Positions 10,772-20,521 of a DNA stretch of 64,000 nucleotides are shown here, one piece after another. Where the stretch lies: contig JADLAV010000031.1 in the NCBI GenBank assembly GCA_020848075.1, forward strand, positions 7,026 through 71,025. Direction: 5' to 3'. The DNA is from Burkholderiales bacterium. Its GTDB lineage: Bacteria > Pseudomonadota > Gammaproteobacteria > Burkholderiales > SG8-39. Both the position numbers and the translations under genes were made by a program. Each line of letters begins with the position of its first letter. Within the stretch, counting starts at the first letter, position 1. The notes under the pieces are model-generated. The model did not search any database. It saw nothing but the letters and a program-made list of their open reading frames with translations, and was not told the origin of the DNA.

Positions 10772-11539
10772 TTACACGACGAGCTCGTTGCCCCGCTGCG
10801 CCCAGAACGTCACGCGCTTCTCCAGTACGGCGAAGAATTCGTACATGCCGACGCCCATGATGGCGATGACGAACAGCCCCGCGAACACCAGCGGCACATC
10901 GAAGCGGGCGCTTGCCGTCATCATCAGGAAGCCGATGCCGCTGTTCGACGCGATCGTCTCGGAAACGACCGAGCCGATGAAAGCCATGCCGATCGCCACC
11001 TTGAGGGATGCGAAGAAGAAGGGCATCGAGCGCGGGATCCCGACCTTCCACAGGATCTTCGACTTCGTCGCGCCGAGCGAGCGTAACACGTCTTTCAGCT
11101 CCGGCTCCATCGTGACGAGTCCGGTCGCGACGTTCACCATGATCGGAAAGAAGGCGATGCTGAACGCGGTCAGCACGGCCGGGACCGTTCCGATGCCGAA
11201 CCAGATCACCAGGATCGGCACGATCGCGACCTTCGGGATGGAGTTGAGGCCCACCATGATCGGGTAGATGCCATTGTAGACCGCGGGCGAGGCGCCGACC
11301 AACATGCCGAGCAGCAGGCCGACCACGACCGCCAGTACGAAGCCGAGCATGGTGGTCATGAAAGTCTGCAACGAGTGGTCGACGATGACGCTGCCGTGCT
11401 GCCAGATCGAGGCGACGATTGTGCTCGGCTGCGGCAGGATGAAGACATCGATGTGAAGCAGCCGGCAGGCAATCTCCCATAAGACAAAAAATCCGATGGT
11501 GATGGTGGTCGGGATGACGATGTTCTTGCGCTCTTTCAT
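10772..11539 (-). CDS. ABC transporter permease (NitT/TauT family, BPD_transp_1 type)
   Basis: The track ORF 10772..12193 is over-extended. The hydrophobic part starts at MKERKNIVIPTTITIGFFVLWE (ATG 11539). Its ATG overlaps the ATPase stop codon as ATGA. An EAA-like loop (LRSLGATKSKILWKVGIP) is present. Confidence 0.85.
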   Translation of the reverse strand: MKERKNIVIPTTITIGFFVLWEIACRLLHIDVFILPQPSTIVASIWQHGSVIVDHSLQTFMTTMLGFVLAVVVGLLLGMLVGASPAVYNGIYPIMVGLNSIPKVAIVPILVIWFGIGTVPAVLTAFSIAFFPIMVNVATGLVTMEPELKDVLRSLGATKSKILWKVGIPRSMPFFFASLKVAIGMAFIGSVVSETIASNSGIGFLMMTASARFDVPLVFAGLFVIAIMGVGMYEFFAVLEKRVTFWAQRGNELVV

Positions 11540-12345
11540 ACTGCGGCCGGCCTCGAGATCTGTGCGCGAAGGCTGTTGACGCGCTCGTGGAAATCGGTCT
11601 CGAACGTGGTCTCCAGGTTGCGGGGGCGTGGGATGTCGATTTCGGTGCGGGACAGGACCCGTCCGGGACGCGGACTGAAGACATAGACCGTATCGGCCAG
11701 ATAGACGGCCTCGCGCAGGTCGTGAGTGACGAGGATCACCGTCGGGCGAAGCTCGAGCCACAGCCTTTGCAGCACCGCCCATAGGTCTTCGCGAGTGAAG
11801 GCATCTAGCGCGCCGAACGGCTCGTCCAGAAGCAGCAGTCGCGGCTGGTGAATCAGCGCCCGCGACAGCGACACCCGCTGCTGCATGCCCCCGGAGAGCT
11901 CCCAGGGGAATTTCGACGCGAAATCCACCAGACCGACAATGGACAGGAGCTCCATCGCCATCTCCCTGTATTCGCGGCGCTTGCGATTGAAGTCGCGGGC
12001 GTAATCTTCCGATATCTCGAGCGAGAGAAGAACGTTGTCGAGCGCCGTGCGCCACGGCAGCAGCGTCGCGTTTTGAAAGGCCATGCCGCAGATCTTGACC
12101 GGTCGGACCACCTCCTCGCCCCTCACCTTCACCGAGCCCTTGCGCACTGGATGCAGGCCGGAGACGACCTTGAGCAGCGAGGATTTGCCACATCCGCTAG
12201 GACCTACGACGGCAACGAATTCGCCCTCGCGGATCGTCAGCGAGGCTTCGGTGACGGCCAGGACTTCGTTCTCGCCCTCCCCGTAAACAACGTCGATCCC
12301 GCGAATGGAAATGAAATCGGACGTGCCGCCCTGCGCATCCTCCAT
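11536..12345 (-). CDS. ABC transporter ATP-binding protein (NitT/TauT family)
   Basis: Walker A GPSGCGKSS, signature LSGGMQQR, Walker B LLLLDEP, H-loop VTHD. Start set at MEDAQGG (ATG 12345) because GGAGGG lies about 5 nt upstream; the track's start at 12378 falls inside the leader repeats. Confidence 0.85.
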   Translation of the reverse strand: MEDAQGGTSDFISIRGIDVVYGEGENEVLAVTEASLTIREGEFVAVVGPSGCGKSSLLKVVSGLHPVRKGSVKVRGEEVVRPVKICGMAFQNATLLPWRTALDNVLLSLEISEDYARDFNRKRREYREMAMELLSIVGLVDFASKFPWELSGGMQQRVSLSRALIHQPRLLLLDEPFGALDAFTREDLWAVLQRLWLELRPTVILVTHDLREAVYLADTVYVFSPRPGRVLSRTEIDIPRPRNLETTFETDFHERVNSLRAQISRPAAV

Positions 12346-12364
12346 GAACCCTCCGTCTCTTCCG

Positions 12365-12395
12365 CGCAGTACTCTCAAGTCGCAGTACTCTCAAG
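12365..12395 (-). promoter_or_regulatory. Two copies of a 15-bp direct repeat (CGCAGTACTCTCAAG, period 16) in the leader of the ABC/deacetylase operon, next to a TATACT -10-like hexamer (12402-12407)
   Basis: Read directly: the minus strand reads cacTATACTcacagcCTTGAGAGTACTGCGaCTTGAGAGTACTGCGcggaagagacGGAGGgttcATG. Each repeat contains the AGTACT palindrome. Function is inferred (operator or RNA element). Confidence 0.4.
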
Positions 12396-13005
12396 GCTGT
12401 GAGTATAGTGGCGTTCGATTTCGTCCGGTCGAATTCTCCCACGCCCAACGACTCGATCGTGACCATCGCGCGTTCTCAGCGGCGTCGATATGCGCATATG
12501 CAACGATGAATAGGATGCGCAGTCGAGCGATGACACGACCGCATCGAGCAAGAATCGCTCGCGTGCAAATTGCTATGGCACCGATGACCGGGACGCGCTG
12601 TCCGTAGCAATATAGATCAACGTTGCAGAGCGGTAGGCGCGCGAGAAGATAAGCTGACGCAAAGCACACCAAAGTCTGCACAACGCGATCGGCGGCTACT
12701 TCTTCCACATCCTCTGCGACTCGAGGCAGATCGGATTGCCGCGAGAGCAGTAGGGCGATCCGGAGCAGCGACTCACCGGCTTGGCGAGAACAACGTTCGC
12801 GGTAGAAGCTCCCGGCAGCACCGTCTCATGGTCGGCAGCCAGCGATCGCCTGCCAAGTCACCGGGGGCAACAAAAGGCGCTCGAGATCGCCGTAATCGAT
12901 GCTTCGTCGAACCGCCGATCGATGCGATCGAGAATATGTGCTGGCGCACGCACCCTGCCGCATTCGGCGGCGGCCCGGTGGAGAGAAACCTTTCGAGGAA
13001 GCAGG

Positions 13006-13096
13006 TGGCGGAGAGAGTGGGATTCGAACCCACGATACGCTCATCACGTATACACACTTTCCAGGCGTGCGCCTTCGACCGCTCGGCCATCTCTCC
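13006..13096 (-). tRNA. tRNA-Ser, anticodon GGA, with long variable arm and encoded CCA
   Basis: Minus strand: GGAGAGATGGCCGAGCGGTCGAAGGCGCACGCCTGGAAAGTGTGTATACGTGATGAGCGTATCGTGGGTTCGAATCCCACTCTCTCCGCCA (91 nt). The 7-bp acceptor stem pairs. Anticodon stem CACGC/GTGTG flanks the loop CT-GGA-AA. The long extra arm is class II, and the T-loop is GGTTCGAATCC. Confidence 0.93.
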
Positions 13097-13342
13097 GATA
13101 ACTTCAGCTACGACCCGGTGTCCCGGAGCCTGGGGAGGTACCGCACCACCACGCGGTACAAGGCGCACGGCGCCCCGTCAACACGCGCCCGCAGGGCGCC
13201 GACCGCCCGGCCATCTCTCCGATAACTTCAGCTACGACCCGCTGTCCTGGAACCGGGGGGTACCGCACCACCACGCGGTACAAGGCGCACGGCGCCCCGT
13301 CAACACGCGCCCGCAGGGCGCCGACCGCCCGGCCATCTCTCC
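13076..13342 (-). repeat. Tandem 124/122-bp direct repeats upstream of tRNA-Ser, each beginning with a 21-nt pseudo-copy of the tRNA 5' end
   Basis: The plus-strand string cgaccgc(t/c)cggccatctctcc occurs at 13076-13096 (inside the tRNA), 13200-13220 and 13322-13342. The intervening ~100 nt are identical except for patches 13117-13137 versus 13241-13259. Each unit has the hairpin GTACCGC-N8-GCGGTAC (for example 13138-13159). Confidence 0.9.
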
Positions 13343-13376
13343 AACGCAGCGCGCGATTTTACCGCAAGGCTGCGGC

Positions 13377-14792
13377 CTAGATCACCTTCCCCGGATTCAT
13401 GATCCCGAGCGGATCGATTGCGCGCTTGATTTGTCGCATCAGCCCCATCTCCAGCGGCGACTTGTAGCGCAGGATCTCGTCCCGCTTGTACACGCCGAGC
13501 CCGTGCTCCGCGCTGATCGAGCCCCCGAAGCGTACGACGAGATCGTGCACGATCCGGTTGACCTCCGGCATGCGCGCCATGAACGCCTCCTCGGTCATCG
13601 TCGGCGGACTCGCCACGTTGTAGTGCAGATTCCCGTCCCCGAGGTGCCCGAAGCCGATCACCCGCACACCCCGAAACGCCTGGTCGAGCGCGGCGCGCGC
13701 TGCATCGACGAACTCGGGGATGCTGGAAATCGGTACCGAGACGTCATGCTTCACCTGCCGCCCCTCCCGCATCTGCGCCTCGGTCATGTTCTCCCGCAGC
13801 GCCCACAGGCCCTGCGCCTGGGCCTCGCTCGTGGCGACGACGACGTCGCGGGCGATGCCGCGCTCCATCGCCTCGGCGAGGGCGGCTTCCATCACGTCGC
13901 GCACGTTGCTCGCGGCGTCGGTATCCGACAGCTCGAGCAGCACGTGCTGCGCATGGATGCGGGCGAACGGCGATTGCACCCCTGGCATGTGCCGCGTGAC
14001 GATCTCGACGCAGGTGGCCGACAGCAGCTCGAAGGCGGTCAGCCGATCGCCGCAGCGGCTTTGCATGTGGGTGAGCAGCGCAAGCGCATCGCGCGTGCTG
14101 TCGAGCCCGACAAACGCGGTCGCCTGCGCACGCGGCCTCGGAAAGAGCTTCAGCACGGCGGCAGTGATGATCCCGAGGGTCCCCTCGGCGCCGATGAAGA
14201 GCTGCTTCAGATCGTAGCCGGTGTTGTCCTTGCGCAGGGTCCGCAGCCCGTCCCATAGCTCGCCCGAGGGCAGCACCACCTCGAGGCCGAGCACGAGATC
14301 GCGCATGTTTCCGTAGCGCAAGACCTGCACGCCGCCGGCATTGGTCGACAGATTGCCGCCGATCTCGCAGCTGCCCTCGGCGGCGAGGCTCAGGGGAAAC
14401 AGCCGATCGGCAGCCTCCGCGGCCGTCTGCAGGCGTGCGAGGATGCAGCCCGCCTCCACCGTGACCGTGTTGTTCACCGCGTCGAGGGCGCGGACGCGGT
14501 TCATGCGGGACAGGTTGACGACGACCTGCGTCCCGCTGCCGTCCGGCGTCGCCCCGCCGCAGAGACTGGTGTTGCCCCCCTGCGGCACGATAGCGGTGCC
14601 GGTCTCGGCGCACAGGCGGACGACAGCCGCGACTTCTTCGCTGCTCCCGGGCTTGACGACGGCGAGCGCACGGCCGAAATAGCGCCGCCGCCAGTCGGTC
14701 GCGTACGGCGTGGTGTCGGATTCCGCAGTGAGCACGTTCGCCGGGCCGACGATCCGTGCAAGACGATGAGGCAGCGTGGAGACGTCCATCAC
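13377..14792 (-). CDS. FAD-binding oxidoreductase, GlcD/D-2-hydroxyglutarate dehydrogenase-like
   Basis: 471 aa. FAD_binding_4 region (VVKPGSSEEVAAVVRLCAETGTAIVPQGGNTSLCGGATP), then ..RKDNTGYDLKQLFIGAEGTLGIIT.. and C-terminal ..SAEHGLG..K.. typical of FAD-linked 2-hydroxyacid dehydrogenases. Specific substrate is not proven. Confidence 0.8.
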   Translation of the reverse strand: MMDVSTLPHRLARIVGPANVLTAESDTTPYATDWRRRYFGRALAVVKPGSSEEVAAVVRLCAETGTAIVPQGGNTSLCGGATPDGSGTQVVVNLSRMNRVRALDAVNNTVTVEAGCILARLQTAAEAADRLFPLSLAAEGSCEIGGNLSTNAGGVQVLRYGNMRDLVLGLEVVLPSGELWDGLRTLRKDNTGYDLKQLFIGAEGTLGIITAAVLKLFPRPRAQATAFVGLDSTRDALALLTHMQSRCGDRLTAFELLSATCVEIVTRHMPGVQSPFARIHAQHVLLELSDTDAASNVRDVMEAALAEAMERGIARDVVVATSEAQAQGLWALRENMTEAQMREGRQVKHDVSVPISSIPEFVDAARAALDQAFRGVRVIGFGHLGDGNLHYNVASPPTMTEEAFMARMPEVNRIVHDLVVRFGGSISAEHGLGVYKRDEILRYKSPLEMGLMRQIKRAIDPLGIMNPGKVI

Positions 14793-14883
14793 AAGTGCGC
14801 CGCGGTGTGATCGCCGCCGCGCCCGATGTTCGCAGCGGCGGGCGGCGACGCAGCGGCTCTTGCCGCTGCGCGCTCCGCGCGAT

Positions 14884-16854
<1,971 letters not shown>

Positions 16855-17181
16855 GGACCAACTCCTCCTCGTTGTGCCTGAAAGCCCCGCCCGAGCATCC
16901 CGCTCGCGAAGCCTCGAAGCGTGCGCCGAGCGGGGTGAGGCGATGCGTCCGATTCTGGCGCGTCACGCTTACAAAAGGCTTACGCAATGCCAAGCGCAAT
17001 CAAAGCACCGAACCCCGGTTTTGTAAACAGAAACAGCCGCATTCACCCTCGGGTCCCCATCGGATTTACGCCGATGTAGGCCCCCGCCGCGCACCGCTTC
17101 GCGCCCAGGTGATCGCCTGCGCGAGCGTCGCCGCCGCCAGTAGCCGGCATCGGGTCGACCGCCCCGGCGCCGGGACGGTCA

Positions 17182-17877
17182 CTACACGGGCGCGCCGTCC
17201 TCGAAGCGCTCGCCGGTGCCCTCTTCGCCGAACGCGATCGGCGGATAGAAGGCGCGGAAGTCTGCCAGGACGCGCTCGCACGGAAAATCCGACCATATCC
17301 CGTGGTCTTTGACGTACTCCATGTGGCGGCGGTTGGAGGCGTCGTACTCCTGGAATACCGCGTCGCCGCGCCCGTCGAACTCGGTCGGGCGCACGCCGAA
17401 GCGCCGGCACAACTCGATGTTGAACGCGGGCGCCGCCTTCACCCACGCCCCCTCCAGCAACAGGACGGCGTACCCGTGATACATGAAGTATGTCTTGCCG
17501 CCCATGCGCGCCTTCAGCTTCTCGGTCGTGAGGTGATTCACGACGTCGGACAGGCCGAGACCAGCGGGAATGCCGGCAGCGCGCGCCGCCGCGACGAGCA
17601 GGATCGCCTTCGGGATGCAGAAGGCGAAACCCGTCGCGAGCACGTGGCTCGCCACATACGTCGCCGGGTCGAGGCGCATCGAAAACGGGTCGTAGCGGAT
17701 CCGGTCGCGCACGGCGTAAAAGAGGCGCACGGCCTTGCCGATCTCGCTTTTCTCCTCGCCCGCGATCGCCTCCTCGACGAACGCGCGAATCGACGGCGCG
17801 CCGAAGTCCAGGTAGCGCGTCTCGCTCAGGTACTCGGGGCCGGCCTGCGGCGTCTGGCCCAGCGGCGTGAAGATCAT
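17182..17877 (-). CDS. Transglutaminase-like (papain-fold cysteine enzyme) superfamily protein
   Basis: The segment ..ATGFAFCIPKAILLVAAARAAGIPAG..(34 aa)..FMYHGYAVLLLEGAWVKAAPAFN resembles the Cys...GIPAR...H.W.e...W..fDp core of transglutaminase-like domains. The position expected for the Asp is not obviously conserved. Start set at ATG 17877 (GGAG 8 nt upstream); the track start at 17892 is TTG. Confidence 0.55.
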   Translation of the reverse strand: MIFTPLGQTPQAGPEYLSETRYLDFGAPSIRAFVEEAIAGEEKSEIGKAVRLFYAVRDRIRYDPFSMRLDPATYVASHVLATGFAFCIPKAILLVAAARAAGIPAGLGLSDVVNHLTTEKLKARMGGKTYFMYHGYAVLLLEGAWVKAAPAFNIELCRRFGVRPTEFDGRGDAVFQEYDASNRRHMEYVKDHGIWSDFPCERVLADFRAFYPPIAFGEEGTGERFEDGAPV

Positions 17878-17975
17878 CCTCTTCTCCGGCAATTGTCAAC
17901 GACGGCGATGACACACTCTACCACTGGGTGGCTTCGCTCGAAACGGCGCCGCGGGCACACCGCTTGCGCGCACGC

Positions 17976-18491
17976 TCAGCGCTTGCGCGCGAGCATGGTC
18001 CCGCGGCACTTCTTGGCGCCGCACAGGCACGCCCAGATCCGCTTCATTCGCGGCGTGTGCCGCTCCTCGAGCGTGATGTTGTAGTCGTAGGTGAGCTCCT
18101 CGCCGGGCGGAATCTCACGGATGGCCTCGATGAATATCCGCCCGTCTTCCTCGACCGTCTCGCAATTCGGGTTGCAGCCGTGATTGATCCAGCGCGCCGC
18201 GTTGCCGCGGACGCCGGCATCGATGACCCAGCGATCGTCGATCTCGAACAGGAAGGTGTGGCTGTCGGTCTCGGGCTCGTCCGCATACCTGCGGTCCACC
18301 TCCTCGTGCGTGACCCGCTCTCCCTTGTACTCGATGATGCGGGTGCCCTTGGCAATCCGCCGCGCGGCGAAGACGCCGCGGCCGTGTATCCCGGACTTGC
18401 GCACGAAGTAGAGGCGCTTGGCCCGCTTTCCGCTGCGCGCTGCCTCGTTGCTGCCCGTGCTGACGATGCTGGTGCGTTCCATGAGTTCCAT
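17976..18491 (-). CDS. SET-domain protein-lysine N-methyltransferase
   Basis: 171 aa with the full SET signature: GIHGRGVFA, ..RWINHGCNPNC.., ..GEELTYDY.., and a post-SET Cys cluster CLCGAKKCRG. It starts 10 nt after the prpE stop. Confidence 0.85.
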   Translation of the reverse strand: MELMERTSIVSTGSNEAARSGKRAKRLYFVRKSGIHGRGVFAARRIAKGTRIIEYKGERVTHEEVDRRYADEPETDSHTFLFEIDDRWVIDAGVRGNAARWINHGCNPNCETVEEDGRIFIEAIREIPPGEELTYDYNITLEERHTPRMKRIWACLCGAKKCRGTMLARKR

Positions 18492-18501
18492 CCGAGTGAA
18501 G

Positions 18502-20409
18502 TCACCGCCTCTCGGCGATCGCGGCCCGGATCTGCTCGAGCGCGCCCGGATCCTCGATCGTGGTCAGATCGCCGGGGTCGCGGCCCTCGGCGAGCGCCTG
18601 GATCGACCGCCGTAGCGTCTTGCCCGATCGGGTCTTGGGCAGCAGCGTCACGAAGTGGATGCGTCGCGGCCGTGCGATCGCGCCGATCGCGTCATCCACC
18701 GTCTTCATCACCTCGCTCTCGAGCGCCGCCCGGCCGTCGGCCGACGCGATCCTGGCGGGGTCCTTGACCACGGCGAACGCGAGCGGCATCTGCCCTTTCA
18801 CCGCGTCGTTCACGCCGACCACCGCGCACTCCGCAACCGCCGGGTGCATGTTGACCGCCTCCTCGATCTCGCGCGTGCCGAGCCGGTGGCCGGCCACGTT
18901 GATCACGTCGTCCGTGCGCCCGAGGATGAAGTAGTAGCCGTCCTTGTCCCGGATGCCCCAGTCGAAGGACGAATAGACCATCTTGTCGCGAAAGCTCGTG
19001 AAATAGGTCTTCACGAAGCGCTCGTCGTTCCCCCACACCGTCGACAGGCAGCCGGGCGGAAGCGGCGGGACCACGGCAACAACCGCCTTCTCGTCGACGT
19101 CGGCCTCGGCGGCATCCGCCTCGCGCAGCAATCGCAGGTCGTAGCCGAAAGCCGGAAACGAAGGGCTGCCGAACTTGATCTCGGTCCGCTCGATCCCCGG
19201 CGCCGGGGCCAGCATGGGCCAGCCGGACTCGGTCTGCCAGTAGTGGTCGTAGACCGGGCGCCCGAGCGCTTCCATGATCCAGCGGTGGGTCGGCTCGTCG
19301 AGCGGCTCCCCCGCCAGGAAGAGGTGTTTGAGGCTCGAGAGATCGTGCCGCTTCATGAAGGAGACGTCGCTCTTCTTCAGCACCCGGATCGCCGTCGGCG
19401 CGGAGAACATCACCGACGCCTTGTGATCCTGGACGATCTTCCACCAGATGCCCGGATCGGGCCGGATCGGCACCCCTTCGTACATGATGGTGGTCATCCC
19501 CGCGATCAGCGGCCCGTAGATGATGTAGGAGTGGCCGACCACCCAGCCGATGTCGCTCGTCGTGAACATCGTCTCGCCAGGCCCGCCGCAGTAGATGTGC
19601 TTCATCGAGGCGGCCAGCGCGACGGCATACCCGCCCACGTCGCGCTGCACGCCTTTCGGATTCCCGGTCGTCCCCGACGTGTAGAGGATGTACGACGGCT
19701 CGTTCGACTCGAGCCACGTCGCCGGCACCCGCGCTTCCATGTGCTTCGCCCGCAGCTCGGCATAGTCGAGATCGCGGCCGGCAGTGCGCGCCATGCCCGT
19801 GTCGAGGCCGCGGTTGAAGATCACGACCTTCTCGGGCGGGAACTGCGCGAGCCCGATCGCCTCGTCGACGAGATGCTTGTAGAGGACGCTCTTCCCCGCG
19901 CGCATTCCGCCGTCCGCGGTGATCATCAGCTTCGGCTTCGCGTCGTCGATGCGCGCAGCAAGGCTGTGAGCGGCAAACCCGCCGAAGACTACCGAGTGGA
20001 TCGCGCCGATGCGCGCGCAGGCGAGCATAGCGAAGCACGCCTCCGGGATCATTGGCATGTAGGCGACCACGCGGTCGCCCTTGCGCACGCCGAGGCTCTG
20101 CATCATCGCGGCGACACGCTGCACCTCGGCGTGCAGCTCGCGGTAGGTGTAGCTCCTCTCCTCGTTGACCTCGGTCGAGATGTAGACGAGCGCCTTCTGG
20201 TCTCCGCGCGCGGCGAGATGCCGGTCGACCGCGTTGTGACAGAGGTTGGTCTCCCCGCCGACGAACCACTTCGCGAAGGGCGGACGGCTGTAGTCGAGCA
20301 CCTTGGTGAACGGCTTCGACCAGTCGATGAGCGTCGCCTGCTCCGCCCAGAAGCCGTCCGGGTCCTTGATCGACCGTTCATAGAACGCCCGGTAGGTGGT
20401 GTCAGCCAT
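18502..20409 (-). CDS. prpE: Propionate-CoA ligase / acyl-CoA synthetase (AMP-forming)
   Basis: MADTTYRAFYERSIKDPDGFWAEQATLIDWSKPF.. is the PrpE-type N-terminus. AMP-binding motif YTSGTTGNPKG; C-terminal [12 protein letters not shown]. Start at ATG 20409 is preceded by GGAGGA. It is adjacent to acuI. Confidence 0.8.
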   Translation of the reverse strand: MADTTYRAFYERSIKDPDGFWAEQATLIDWSKPFTKVLDYSRPPFAKWFVGGETNLCHNAVDRHLAARGDQKALVYISTEVNEERSYTYRELHAEVQRVAAMMQSLGVRKGDRVVAYMPMIPEACFAMLACARIGAIHSVVFGGFAAHSLAARIDDAKPKLMITADGGMRAGKSVLYKHLVDEAIGLAQFPPEKVVIFNRGLDTGMARTAGRDLDYAELRAKHMEARVPATWLESNEPSYILYTSGTTGNPKGVQRDVGGYAVALAASMKHIYCGGPGETMFTTSDIGWVVGHSYIIYGPLIAGMTTIMYEGVPIRPDPGIWWKIVQDHKASVMFSAPTAIRVLKKSDVSFMKRHDLSSLKHLFLAGEPLDEPTHRWIMEALGRPVYDHYWQTESGWPMLAPAPGIERTEIKFGSPSFPAFGYDLRLLREADAAEADVDEKAVVAVVPPLPPGCLSTVWGNDERFVKTYFTSFRDKMVYSSFDWGIRDKDGYYFILGRTDDVINVAGHRLGTREIEEAVNMHPAVAECAVVGVNDAVKGQMPLAFAVVKDPARIASADGRAALESEVMKTVDDAIGAIARPRRIHFVTLLPKTRSGKTLRRSIQALAEGRDPGDLTTIEDPGALEQIRAAIAERR

Positions 20410-20521
20410 GCGCCTTCCTCCTCTCACTTCGTCCAGGGCGGCGCGCGCCCCGCAGAGACAAACATTTTCGCGCGGCGAAACCCGACCGCCTTGAGCCAGG
20501 TCAAGGGCCGGGCAGCCCGCG

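Noticed and set aside
10772-12193. 473-aa ORF suggesting a much larger permease. Similarly over-extended track ORFs are 30234..32918, 40834..41541, 56507..58165, 53096..54499 and 59428..60258.
   Set aside because: The N-terminal extensions are low-complexity and overlap the upstream gene in another frame. Internal ATG/GTG starts with SD sequences give proteins of canonical length.
12346-12420. TPP riboswitch upstream of the THI5-like ABC operon (prompted by UGAGAG in the leader repeats)
   Set aside because: The leader is too short. It lacks the conserved pyrimidine-sensor and pyrophosphate-sensor helices (no CCUGAUCUGGAUAAUGCCAGCG-like segment); only the short UGAGA string matches.
12391-12708. 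105-aa ORF (partly hydrophobic) in the low-GC spacer between the ABC operon and tRNA-Ser
   Set aside because: Third-codon positions are far less GC-biased than in surrounding genes, there is no SD, it overlaps the operon leader/promoter, and I recognise no family. It is kept only as part of the spacer finding.
13076-13342. Possibility that the regularly spaced repeats upstream of tRNA-Ser are a CRISPR array
   Set aside because: There are only 2-3 copies, and the 'spacers' are themselves nearly identical, so the whole ~123-bp unit repeats. The repeat equals the tRNA 5' end, and there are no cas genes. It is a tandem duplication, not CRISPR.
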